Shown here one piece after another: positions 51,201 to 63,510 of a stretch of DNA of 64,000 nt (positions within the stretch are counted from its first letter, which is position 1; every line of letters begins with the position of its first letter). The position numbers and the translations under genes are program-made. Where the stretch lies: the NCBI GenBank assembly GCA_040954595.2, contig CM082585.2, positions 4,241,358 through 4,305,357 of the forward strand, written 5' to 3'. The notes below the pieces were generated by a model, which ran no database searches, was not told where the DNA came from, and saw nothing but the letters and a program-made list of their open reading frames with translations. This DNA comes from Balanoglossus misakiensis (taxonomy: Eukaryota > Animalia > Hemichordata).

Positions 51201-53957
51201 TCGGCGGGTGGTCATCGATCTGAGTTTCCCTATCGGCCACTCAGTGAATGATGGGATACCTTCTGATTTCTATTTGGACGGGCCTTTTTCCTTGACCTAC
51301 CCTGGCGTCGATGATCTCACTAAGCTTATCAGAATAAAAGGCCCTGGTTGTCTACTTTACAAGCGTGATTTGAAACGGGCTTATCGCCAAATTCCTGTCG
51401 ATCCGCATGACTATTTCCTATTGGGGTACAGGTGGAGAGAAATGATTTTCTTTGACACTAAATGCCCTTTGGGTTACGAATGGCCTCCATTGCATGCCAG
51501 CGCACTACCAATGCAGTCCGGTATATATCACAACAGGAGGGAAGCGATTGTGTGAATTATTTAGATGATTTTGCTGGTGCGGAATCAGTCGATAAGGCTG
51601 ATTTTGCATTCACTCAGTTGGGCAATTTACTTATTGCGCTTGGTCTTGATGAATCACCGGGAAAAGCTTGTTCCCCGTCCCCAGTAATGACCTTCCTGGG
51701 TCGGCAATTCAACACTATCGACATGACTATGAGTGTGCCACAGCAAAAACTTGACGAAACTAAACAGTACCTCCCCATGTGGTTGTCTAGGAAACGGTCT
51801 AATAAAAGAGAATTACAGTCCCTTATCGGTAAACTGGCCTTTCTGGCAGGTTGCGTCAGGCCAGGGCGGGTCTTTATCTCAAGGTTATTAGACAAGTTGC
51901 GCACGCTGCGACGTCAACATCATCGTTTCCATATCAATGCCGAGTTCAAAAAAGATATTCTGTGGTGAACCTCATACCTAGAGCATTTCAATGGTATATC
52001 AATGTTACCCACTGGGGATTGGGGGTTCCCAGACCAATTTCTCACGACAGATGCATGCTTACTAGGGGCCGGTGGCACCTTTCTGGATGAGTATTTCCAT
52101 TGCCAATTTCCCCAAACCATTCGTGACAAAGAACACCACATCAGCATTCTCGAATTCTTGACTGTAATGGTTGCATGTAAACTGTGGGCCACTCAACTAA
52201 CGGGCAGACAATTTATCATTCAGTGTGATAACGAAGCCACCGTTCACGTCCTTAACTCCGGTCGTACGAGAGATCCCCTCATGTTGAAATGCGCTAGGGA
52301 AATATGGTTCGTTGCTGCCCAGTATCAGTTTCAAATCAAGGCAGTACATGTCAGCGGCGCTTCTAATCGTATTGCAGACACACTTAGCCGTTGGGACACC
52401 GATGATCGTAGCCATGCCAAATTCATAGAATTGACAGGGGCTAAACAATTGACAGAAAAGTACGTCCACAGCACATTATTCAATTTCACTCATGACTGGT
52501 AATTTCTCCATTTTTCACAGGAGCAGAAGCCTTCAACAAAGGATTAAGCATCCTCCACCGAAAGTGGACCTCTACCATTTCCGCTGCTTATGCACATGGG
52601 ACAATTTCAAATTTTCATTCGCAGTGGAAAACTTACTTCCTGTTTTGCATTTTCTATGGTTTGAAGCCAGTTCCTGCCTCCCCAACCAGTTTGGCTTTGT
52701 TCGTTCAGTGTTTGTCGGCAACAATTAGAAATGTTGGTACCTTGAAAAACTACCTTAATGCAGTTCGCCTGCTCCACGAGTTGAATGGTTTTGACGGGCA
52801 AGTGGTTCATCATCTGTTTTTACGTTTAACTTTGGAGGGCATCGCACACACCTACCCTCAAGTTCCCAAACGCAAATTAGCCATCACGCCTTCTATCTTG
52901 CTTACCCTTTACAAGTTTTTGGATTTGTCAAAGCCGTTGGACACCACACTTTGGGCAGCCTTTCTAACGGCCTTCCATTTATTTTTGCGCAAGTGTAACT
53001 TGGTTCCCCCGAGCCCAAATAAATTTGACCCATCTAAACACCTAGCCCGTCGCAACTTCAAATTCACATCAGTTGGAGTCGTTATCGCTACCACATGGTC
53101 CAAAACCAACCAGTGTCGGGCCACAATCCATTCAGTTCCAATCTTACAAATGCCAGGTTCACCACTGTGTCTAGTTACTGCTTTACGCCAGATGACCAGC
53201 GCCATCCTGCCCCTATGGCAAGCCCAGCATTTGTTTACCCCAGCAGGTCAGGGTTGTTAACATTAACCCACCATAGTTTCACAACTAAACTCCGGTCTCT
53301 ACTGGATACAGCCGGTTTCCCATCACGGTCCTTTTCTGGCCACAGTTTTCGCAGAGGGGGTGCCACAGCTGCGTTTTCAGCAAATGTTTGTGGGGAGCTT
53401 GTTCAAAGTCATGGGGACTGGAAATCTGGGGCTTACCTTTTGTATCTGGAGATACCATTTTCAAAAAGGGTTGAGGTTTCAGAACGCATTAATGGTTATT
53501 TGCGCTCTTTCAAGGGTTGATTGTCTTTTCTTGTTTGCCACATGTAATTTGCCTTCTGCATGCTACTTTTACAAATTGGCGTGTTCAGAGCATGGCCGTC
53601 TTTCATCCTTGGCCATTTTCGCGGGTCACCTGTAATAAACGAGGTGTTCCCGCCTCAGACAGCCAAGCTCTAGTGTTGTTCCACTTTTGTCTTTCAATAG
53701 TTAATTAAAAATGTACTGATTAACGCTACGGCGCTTTATCTATTTAAAGTTACGCTTGGACGTGAACCAGGTGCATAATCTTGTTTCACTTGCAAAGAAA
53801 CGCCCACTGCTGTGTCAATATGTATTTTTTTCTGCTCGATTTTTTGCAGGTGTCACCAAAATCCGACTTCAATTCTACCCTGTGTCTGTGTAATCACCTG
53901 ACTGTTTTCAGTGCAATGGTTGGAGTTGTTGGATCTGACGGACGATGCCAGGTTTAA
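40182..53957 (+). CDS. Polycystin-1/REJ-like ectodomain protein: signal peptide, 2xEGF, 2xC-type lectin, GAIN/GPS (cassette 1), ~715 aa, no TM seen
   Basis: Exons 40182-40241 ([20 protein letters not shown]), 41440-41560, 41953-42081 (cbEGF DIDEC…[12 protein letters not shown]), 43032-43305, 44177-44244, 44555-44819, 45303-45379, 45882-45952, 46110-46200, 46563-46897, 47231-47339, 47670-47794, 47979-48207, 48527-48612 ([14 protein letters not shown]) and 53850-53957 (CLCNHL|TVFSAM…CQV*). Total 2148 nt, all phases consistent. Confidence 0.8.
42136..42348. repeat. (TATG)n/(TG)n microsatellite
   Basis: Directly visible; the source of the MYVC/HTYI ORF artefacts. Confidence 0.97.
43783..44127. 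mobile_element. MITE family M2, copy 2, with proven TTAA TSD
   Basis: TTAA at 43779-43782 and 44128-44131. The paralogous empty site GACTGGCGTTAATGTGCGACG lies at ~56574-56594. Confidence 0.92.
49012..52502 (+). pseudogene. Retrotransposon gag-RT-RNase H, disrupted
   Basis: Gag from ATG 49012 continues in frame into RT. Frameshift at ~51461 (FDTK>MPFGLR) and in-frame TGA at 51966-51968 (KDILW*). Confidence 0.88.
52521..53520 (+). pseudogene. Retrotransposon tyrosine recombinase, frameshifted at ~53205
   Basis: Open frame from the splice acceptor at 52520 (AEAFNKG…AYAHGT…QWKTYFLFC…). The catalytic R, HxxR and Y motifs are split between ORFs 52661-53260 and 53095-53520. Confidence 0.88.
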
Positions 53958-55860
53958 TACAGGGGCGTCCGTTTGGTCTACAGAAGTGACAAAATAAGCT
54001 TATGGGACGAGTTCTAAACTAATAATGTACCATTCAAAATGTGTACGTGTTTTTTAGACGTTTGAAGCAAGAAGTGTTCATATTGCCGTTTTGGAAAGAG
54101 TTTTCAGGTAATAATGCATTAAGTAAAAAGCATAGATGTACATTTAGCTAGAGGTGCCAAACACCTGTCCGAAAGAGAAGCGTTTGGATGAGAATTTGTT
54201 AGGTTGCGTTCGTCTATAATTGATTGTGTTTGTTCATATAGTTTGATGTCATTTATGCATTTCTTTGTAAACTGCCAAGATTGGATATATACCTGTATAC
54301 ATGGATCAATATTTCTGTTTGTAATAACCAGTACTGTTACTTGCTATTGTAATAACCCGTAATTGTACTTGTCATTAATTGATGGAGTTATAGTATCATG
54401 TAATTGAAAAAGTTTTTATATGTGTTTGACTTGTATTGCTCTGGTTTATTCTGGTTGCCATTAAAACGTACACTTATTGTGCATTGTGTATATGCGGTGT
54501 CTTTTTTCCACGACTCAATTGAGAGTTAAGGGACCGTTCAGTTTTTTTACGGCTGGGAGGGCGGCAAGTTTGTGTCATTGGTTTTCAAAATCAGGCCGAC
54601 CCCCCTTTTACCCAATCCCCAAAATATGGTGAACCCCCCCCCCCCCACCCCGAAAACACTCGCCATTGTGATCATATATACACTGTATGCAATAAAGGGA
54701 AAGGGGCTCCTCACGCCACAATTATAAATTTCTTAAAGGAATGTCCCCCTCCCACCTAAGAAAATTTTGTAAAATATGTAGCTCAAAGTTGCATTTTAAT
54801 GAACTCAAAAGAAAATTAACTCAATGTTTGGGAGGACCAACTTTACTTTTGCCACTCCACTCAAAGTTAGCATCGGTGGGGGTGGGGTGAAAGTACTCTG
54901 CCCTGGTACACTAGACAAACCGGCAAATAAATGAAATGTAGCGGAGAATGTAAGTTATCAAGTAAATTATCATCTGAATAATGCAAATGGAGATGATGTG
55001 GGAGGCTGTAGGATATTACAAATAAATTTTATAGAACTACAAAATTTGAGAATAAGATATTTTGCCATCAATAAATTACAGCCACTCTTTCAGTTTCTAC
55101 TTCAGAGCCCCATACCGGTAAGTTAACCCCTCTTAATCCGCATTGTAGCATTATTATTAGCGTGGACAATGCACTGAAGGGAAAGTAATTAAATATATCT
55201 CACATGTGCACTCGAGAAATGTATACTTGCAGGACAATATGCTGAATTTCCACTTTTGCATCCAACAAAAATTGTATACACGATCCCCGCTGGTTATGAC
55301 ACGAACACTTTGATGATTAATACCACTTTAATTCGTTCAATTTATCGATTAACCGGAAGCAACAAGTTTAATATTAATTAATTCCATTTCATCTTGCGAC
55401 AGTCATAAAGATATTCATTAAATGTCACGCATTTCTTTACATGTGTATAATTAATACAAGAGGGAAAACATCTAACGCATAAATGAACGAACACGACACA
55501 GCGTCACCATATAGGACCCGATCTCTCTCTGCAGTGGTTACAATTCTTTGCAAAACATACATAATTTGTCAAGATGTTCATATATAAAATACTCGCAGAT
55601 TAGCCGCAAACTCGCAACCATGGCTTGCCGGAGAAGCTGTAAGATGTTAAAAGAATGTCGTGAAATACCTTTGAAGTTAACACTCATCGCTACATTCGTG
55701 ATGTTGTCGATGACATTACTGCAGCAAGCACGTGAGACACTTATTTTGGGTTTTGCATCTTCAGAAATTTTGAAGTTCCTCAAAACGGGAGCTCATCACA
55801 TATCTTATATTTTATGATTGTTTAAAATGATTGTTATAAGAATAACGATTTGATTTCCAG

Positions 55861-58800
55861 GTTGCGTTACCCACCACATTTTCCAGCCGATGGATCACCC
55901 TTCTGCCTACAATTTTTGTGAGCGATTAGGTCTTCGACTTGTTAAAGATGACAGCGAAGAAAAACACGCAGCTATAGTAAACAATTTAGAAGAACTAGGC
56001 TTTCTATCCACTCAATTCTGGATAGATGCTCGACTGATTGACAACGAACGCGTAGTCACAAGAGACGGGGACATATTGACTCACAAGCCCAGGAGTACAG
56101 ATTTTTCAGAGAATAATGGAGAGTGTCTCTCACTGGCGTGAGTTAAGCGTTTTCAAACCATATTCAAATATGAAGAAATGTGTGATTTGTGTGCTCATTA
56201 TAATACAGCTAAACTTGAAGCAATCATTCTGTGTCATGCGCAGAAGCTCAGAATGGAAAATCAGTAGAGACAGAGATGCAGATTAACAATGGACAATATC
56301 TTCGAATCACAATTTTATCTCTTTTTTAATTTCGTACACATGTCTCCTTTTATGGAAAATTCAATCGGAAACTGTGAGATATGTCCATTTACCGTTGAAC
56401 AAAAAACTTTCTCTGCAAAATGTGGTAAAACAATCTAACTCTGATTTATTTTTGTTTCTGCCAATTTTAGATCATGTAGACTGAATTCTTCATTGTCTTT
56501 GGATCTGAGTCAAAAGTTTAGGAGAAATTGCAGAGAACGTTTTGCAGTATATATTATGAAAGGTGTACGGTTTGACTGGCGTTAATGTGCGACGATAAAA
56601 TATATACTTACTTGAAGTTTTAATTCTCAGAATTGGCACATGGAAAAATGAAGATTGTGGCAACAGTAATACAATGGAAGTTTTATGTGAAAATGCTAGT
56701 AAGTTATTTATGCCACTTAGTGTACCTTATGACTGATCTACATATCCTTGTTGGTTCAAGTCTCAAGAAATGTTGTTGCAGTTTGCATCTTTAATTAGGT
56801 GACACAATCACCTCATTTATTTGTCAAAACATGCATTTGGTTTATTTTCAGAATACTAGATAATTATCGGTGTATTTCGCCGTTTTACTTGAATACAGAC
56901 GTAAAATAAAGGCTTAATTAGAGACCCCAAAATTGAAATCGAAGTAGACATTAATTTTATTTTTAAGGAAATAAATTATGTTTATTATCTCTTTTGTAGC
57001 TTCTTTCGACTTTACTACCACAGTCACGAAGGGTATGGTGGATGCAGACCAGCTATGTGAGAAGTTGGGGTTACGTCTTCTAACCGACACAACTGAATGG
57101 AAATATGACCAGTACTGTGAAACCCCTTCAAGGTGGATATACTTCTGGATTGATGCCAACATCACGGCAGATGGCAATGTGAAGACAGCCAGTGGTTTAA
57201 TATTGGAACATACGCCTTTTGCGCCCGGCCAGGCTTTTGAAGTCGGATTGTGTATTCGTGTACTGTGAGTCGCTCTTTGTCCCTGTCATAGGCGTTGGAA
57301 CTTGCGAGATTACATTGGAGAAATAATGGCAGTTAAATGTGTGTATGCTTGTTGCAACACGTGTTTCTTATCTTAAAGGTTACAATCAGTATTTTGCACT
57401 ATTTCTGGTATTTTATCAAGTTAATCTGCCGTATCGTCTGAATTACAAAGCATAATTTGAGCATGATACTTTACAGCTAACGCTGATTGCAATACAATTC
57501 CTACATGTGCCTTACAACACGACAGACAGTGGATGTAAGAAAGTAATCGGAACCCTGTCCATGTGAAGATTGAGTTTTTATATTGAACGATTTTGGAAAA
57601 CTAAGCCAGGGTATGCTTCATGGTTAATGATTTTATTAAAAAATAACGCAAAATGTGGCCTTATGACCAACCCGCATTCTGTAGAGATCACTATTGACAC
57701 TGTACAGTAATCATTGTACAAGTCTTAAACAATACTTTGTTATACAGATGTGCCAATGATGTTAAACTTACTTGGTTCACCGTAGACTGCAATGAACTTG
57801 AAAGGGTTATTTGTGAGGATAAAAGTAAGTATTTGGGACATTTTATCTCGCGATGACTTTTGTATGAGATTATTTTTACCGATTTCATTAGTATACACAG
57901 ATAAAGGAATGCATGGCATCGAAATTATTTATGACTGTCTTGACATGAAAGAAGATTGTTGACAACGGAGTAAAGATGTCCCCTGAAAATGTTATAATAT
58001 ATTCATGTACTATTTTTAAGTCATGAATGCCTTCTCAATTTTAGAAATACAGCACATAATATTTTAGCACCTCTCACATCATCTGTCTTTTACATTTGCA
58101 ACATCCAGATAATGACTTGCTTCTGCTGCGGGAGAGGTTGGTCAAGATAAGTGACGATGAATTCAGAACAGCAGATGTGGTAAGAAAGGTTCCAATCATT
58201 TGAGACTGACGCAATGCACTGTCTTGTATAAAGCCACAAGTTAGCGAAATCCACTGAAGAGACAGAACATTTTTTGACAGCTAATGCTACATTCTAAATT
58301 AATTTTACATAATGCTATACACCACATACTATGTAATTGTCTTTACACGTCTATTAAAGGTCCTTATAGGATATGACTATTTTGTGACAACTAAAGCTAT
58401 ACACTAATTGATTCCGTATAAAGCTATAAAGCCACGTACTAAATAATTGTCTATTCTTTGTCCAGGGTATTAGTGTAATTGACAAGATAGACACTTTAAC
58501 CTCTGATCTGTCAAAGAAAAGTGTTATATTTAAAGGAAGAATTATATTTGCAAAAGGTATTGTGATCTTTTTTATTTAAGACCACAATGAATCTGTGACG
58601 TCAGTATGCATTTCAACACCGTCCACATTAAATATCATCCAATGGTGTAAAGACGATAATGGTATCATACGCAGAAATGTAGAACCTTACAATCCTTAAC
58701 CGTATCGAATATGTGTCAACTATACTTCGTTTGTTTCAATAAATCATGCAGATAATTGGTGACCGTCAAATATGCTAGTTTCAGAAAAATGAGCTCTGGA

Positions 58801-61487
58801 CTATTCCAAAAGCTGATGGATACGAGAAATGAGACACTTATTATCAACCGGCGTATGATGCAAAAGCTGAGACAGACCGACAGAGTGAGAGACTTTTAAA
58901 TGTCAATAATTATATATTTCAGAAACACTGAATGTCATGCAAAAGGTGATAGACAGAATGCAGTCCCTAATTGACGCCAATCCGAGCGACAGGCTGAAAC
59001 CCGGGCAGGCAATCCACCTGACAAAGATCACAACGAAAGTATTCGACCAGTTATCAATGTTTATACTGAACGAGGCTATTTGTGGACATGGACCAATCAT
59101 CGTTAACACTTCTTCTCTTGTGCTGCATCTGGAAAAGAACTTTGCGCAGGACTTGTGCGACACCAGTGTAATGATTAGAGATGGAAGTGGATTCAATATT
59201 CCACCAGCAGACAGTATGTTTCCACAATTGTCGTGGGACACAGTCTTGAACAGAATGGTTTGTATACAACTTCGATAATCAGAAGACTATCTCACTTTCG
59301 TTTTCTATCATACATTGCTCTGTTCTTGTATATTGATATTTGTATGCTATTGGTCTTTATGACTTTGCCGTCAGTAAACTATAATGTGACGTCCCATCGA
59401 TCTTGCTATCATTAATGGAATGAACTATAGGCCGATATTTGTGTTGAGTCAATGCATCCGTTGCAATTTTACAAAATTAGCTCATACTATATTTTAATGA
59501 TGATCTTTGGTTTTATGTACAATATCTGTTGTTGTCATCTTGTGTCACTACGCTCAGGAATAATAACAGTATTTTTTTTTTTTGCCTTTAGATTTTCCGA
59601 TTCGGTGGGAACCCCCACAGATTGGCAAATAGGACACATGGCTTCACTACCGATATACTGACCCTGGAATTCAGAGATGAAGATGGTAATGAGATAAAAG
59701 GTTGGTTTGAATTAAAGGCCATAAGTGGTATGCTAATATTCACGTGGAATCGCACGGTGCCTTTCTGGAAGGCCTCGTCATAGGGGTTATTGATTAGGCA
59801 TGGAGCATGTCCCGTGTCACTGTTGTCGTAAATAAAATTTTAATATGGTATATATAATCATATATTGAGAACTATAATCATTGTACAAGTTAACGTCACA
59901 CCGGAAACCCAGCGATATAAAAATACTCGATCACATTTTCATCATTGATGGCGTAACTAGATTAATAACCAATTTGCGAATTTAGTTTTGAAATTAGTTT
60001 GAATTATGACAAAACATTTTTATTTTCAGTGAAAAAAGCATCAGAGGATCTCGGTGTATGGCTTGGTAATTATCAGACACCTATAAATGAAAGCATCGTC
60101 AGGGGAGTATACGTGGAAAGGGAAGGAGTCACTCATTATGCATTGACAGTAACGGTAATCTTTACATAAAATATGAAATTCACTGATCATTGCATGTTTT
60201 CTGATCTAGTCTTTTACATAACCATTTGATTAACGGCGCAAAACTCAAACATGTGTATAAATGACATTGGTGCGATTTCAAACACTGTGTTATCTTTTAC
60301 CTCACAAATATTATTATGTGAAATTTATCTTGCGTCAATATATCATTATTTATGTTGCAGGCGCTATCGGCCTACTCTGCATTTCAAATCACCATGGAAG
60401 CATCAGCGCCTGTCTTCGAGACTACTACAGCATACGTGTCACTGGAAAGATTTGATGCCGTCGGTGTCTACAATGGTTCCCATTATGAAACTGAGTTGGT
60501 GTTTGCAGGGTGTACAACATCCATATTTCTATCAGAAGCAAAGATCACCAGGACGGGCTTGTATTACATAGTCTTTGACCTTACCAGTGGTAAGTTGTGT
60601 TTTTGTTTTTGTTTTTGCTGTTTATATCACTGTCAAATTCATAAATCAACATCTATAAAGTAAGTTATGCCACGATCTTGCGATTTCATTAAAGCACAGA
60701 GAGCTGCCATTGTTTGCATTTTTTTTCGTGATTATTGAATTTAAAATAATACAAAATTTTGCCTTGTGTCTAAAGTACTTCTGAAACTGTATTTATCAAC
60801 TTGTTGTCATAAAATCACTAATTTACTTTTTCTCTGTTGGATTACGCACATATTGGCGGTCATTTTGACTTTAAAATATTATAAAATTTGGCATTATGTC
60901 GAAGTATTCCATTGTGATCCCTGATTCACAACTTCAAAAGATACTCCAGTTGATTATATATGACATACGTGGAAGAAACAAAAGTTAGTTCTGTTATTTT
61001 TTTTTCTCTTCAGCCCATGGGATCGACATCACTGTTCTCACTACTCAACACAGATGTAGCTACTTTGATGAGAATAATTGGCAGAATGATGGTTGTAAGG
61101 TATACAAATTAGTTTCTTCTAAATTTTGCAAAAAAATGAAGTGCTACACATAGTTCCAAGTGATGAAACTAAATACAAGTAGCAATCAGTGCACATTACG
61201 ATTAATGTTAACTTGTGGGAAATACTGTAAACATTAAAAATGTACTGACTAACGTGACGGCGCTTTATCTATTTAAAATTACGCTTGGACGAGAACCAGG
61301 TGTATAATCTTGTTTCACTTGCAAAGAAACGCCCATTGCTGTGTCAATATGTATTTTTTTTCTGCTCGATTTTTTGCAGGTGTCACCAAAATCCGACTTC
61401 AATTCTACCCTGTGTCTGTGTAATCACCTGACTGTTTTCAGTGCAATGGTTGGAGTTGTTGGATCTGACGGACGATGCCAGGTTTAA
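55861..61487 (+). CDS. Cassette 2: CTL-CTL-GAIN/GPS, intact reading frame but no own start/signal exon seen
   Basis: Exons 55861-56137, 56631-56698, 57000-57264, 57748-57824, 58109-58179, 58466-58556, 58923-59257, 59592-59700, 60030-60154, 60361-60589, 61014-61099 and 61380-61487. Phase-1 entry, no stops until CQV*. Confidence 0.78.
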
Positions 61488-63510
61488 TACAGGGGCGTCC
61501 GTTTGGTCTACAGAAGTGACAAAATAAGCTTATGGGACGAGTTCTAAACTAATAATGTACCATTCAAAATGTGTACGTGTTTTTTAGACGTTTGAAGCAA
61601 GAAGTGTTCATATTGCCGTTTTGGAAAGAGTTTTCAGGTGATAATGCATTAAGTAAAAAGCATAGATGTACATTTAGCTAGAGGTGCCAAACACCTGTCC
61701 GAAAGAGAAGCGTTTGGATGAGAATTTGTTAGGTTGCGTTCGTCTATAATTGATTGTGTTTGTTCATATAGTTTGATGTCATTTATGCATTTCTTTGTAA
61801 ACTGCCAAGATTGGATATATACCTGTATACATGGATCAATATTTCTGTTTGTAATAACCAGTACTGTTACTTGCTATTGTAATAACCCGTAATTGTACTT
61901 GTGATTAATTGATGGAGTTATAGTATCATGTAATTGAAAAAGTTATATGTGTTTGACTTGTATTGCTCTGGTTTATTCTGGTTGCCATTAAAACGTTCAC
62001 TTATTGTGCATTGTGTATATGCGGTGTCTTTTTTCCACGAATCAAAGGAGAGTTAAGGGACCGTTCAGTTTTTACGGCTGGGAGGGCGGCAAGTTTGTGT
62101 CATCTGTTTTCAAAATCAGGCCGACCGCCCCCCCTCACCCAGGACCAAAAATATGATGACCCCCCCCCCCCCCCCCCGAAAACATTCGCCATTGTGATCT
62201 TATGTACACTGTATGCAATACAGGGAACGGGGCTCCTCACACCGCAATTGTAAATTTCTGAAAGAAATTTATAATTGAAGTGTATATAATAGTATAGCTT
62301 TGCAATAAAGAAATATATGAATAAATTAAAACGACACGTCAATACAATAGTTGGTAGATTTGGTAAACAAGAAAACTGGAGGGGTGGGGTAGGGACGGGT
62401 GTCCCCCTCCCACCTAAGAAAATTTTGTAAAATATGTAGCTCAAAGTTGCATTTTAATGAACTCAAAAGCAAATTAACTCAATGTTTGGGAGGACCAATT
62501 TTACTTTTGCCACTCCACTCAAAGTTAGCATCGGTGGGGGTGGGGTGGCAAGTACTCTGCCCTGGTACACTAGACAAACCGGCAAATAAATGAAAAGTAG
62601 CGGAGAATGTAAGTTATCAAGTAGATTATCATCTGAGCTGAATAATGCAAATGGAGATGACATGGGAGGCTGTAGAATATATACAAATTGAATTTCTAGA
62701 ACTACAAAATTTGAGAATAAGATATGTTGCCAAAAATAAATTAAAGCCACTCTTTCAGTATCTACTTCAGAGCCCCATACCGGTAAGTTAACCCCTCGGA
62801 ACCCGCATTGTAGCATTAGTTTTAGCGTCGACAATGCACTGAAGGGAAAGTAATTAAATATATCTCACATATGCACTCGAGAAATGTATACTTGCAAGAC
62901 AATATGCCGAATTTTCATTTTTGTATCCAACAAACGTTCTATACACGATCCCCGCTGGTTATGACACGAACACTTTTGATGATTAATACCACTTTAATTT
63001 GTTCAATTTATCGATTAACCGGAAGCAGCAAGTTTAATATTAATTAATTCCATTTCATCTTGCGACAGTCATAAAGAAATTCATTACATATCACGCATTT
63101 CTTTACATGTGTATAGTTAATACAAGAGGGAAAACATCTAACGCATAAATGAACGAACACGACACAGCGTCACCATATAGTACCCGATCTCTCTCTGCAG
63201 TGGTTACAATTCTTTGCAAAACACACACAATTTGTCAAGATGTTCATATATAAAATACTCGCAGATTAGCCGCAAACTCGCAACCATGGCTCGCCTGAGA
63301 AGCTGTAAAACGTTACGAGATTGTCGTGAAATGCCTTTGAAGTTAACGCTCATCGCTACATTCGTGATGTTGTCGATGACATTACTGGAGCCAGCAGGTA
63401 AGACACTAATTTGGGGTTTTGTATGTTCAGAAAGTTTTAAGTTCCTAAAAACAGAAGCTCATAAATATTTTTATTGTTTCATGTAATAAGACTAACGATT
63501 TAATATCCAG

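Larger units (their letters stand above)
48749..53706 (+). mobile_element. Ngaro/PAT-type DIRS-order tyrosine-recombinase retrotransposon (degenerate), 4958 bp
   Basis: Boundaries defined by the empty site in cassette 2 (GTAAACATT|AAAAATGTACTG, ~61227-61247), with an ATT overlap at both junctions. Encodes gag (CCCH + CCHC fingers), RT (DLKRAY, PFGLR, YLDDF), RNase H (TDAC, E, CDN, NRIADxLSR) and YR ([28 protein letters not shown]). Confidence 0.95.

Noticed and set aside
54058-54107. 50-bp AG…GT segment after the GPS exon, as a linker exon making a (CTL-CTL-GAIN)n polyprotein
   Set aside because: From the phase-0 donor it would end in phase 2, incompatible with the phase-1 acceptor of the next cassette.
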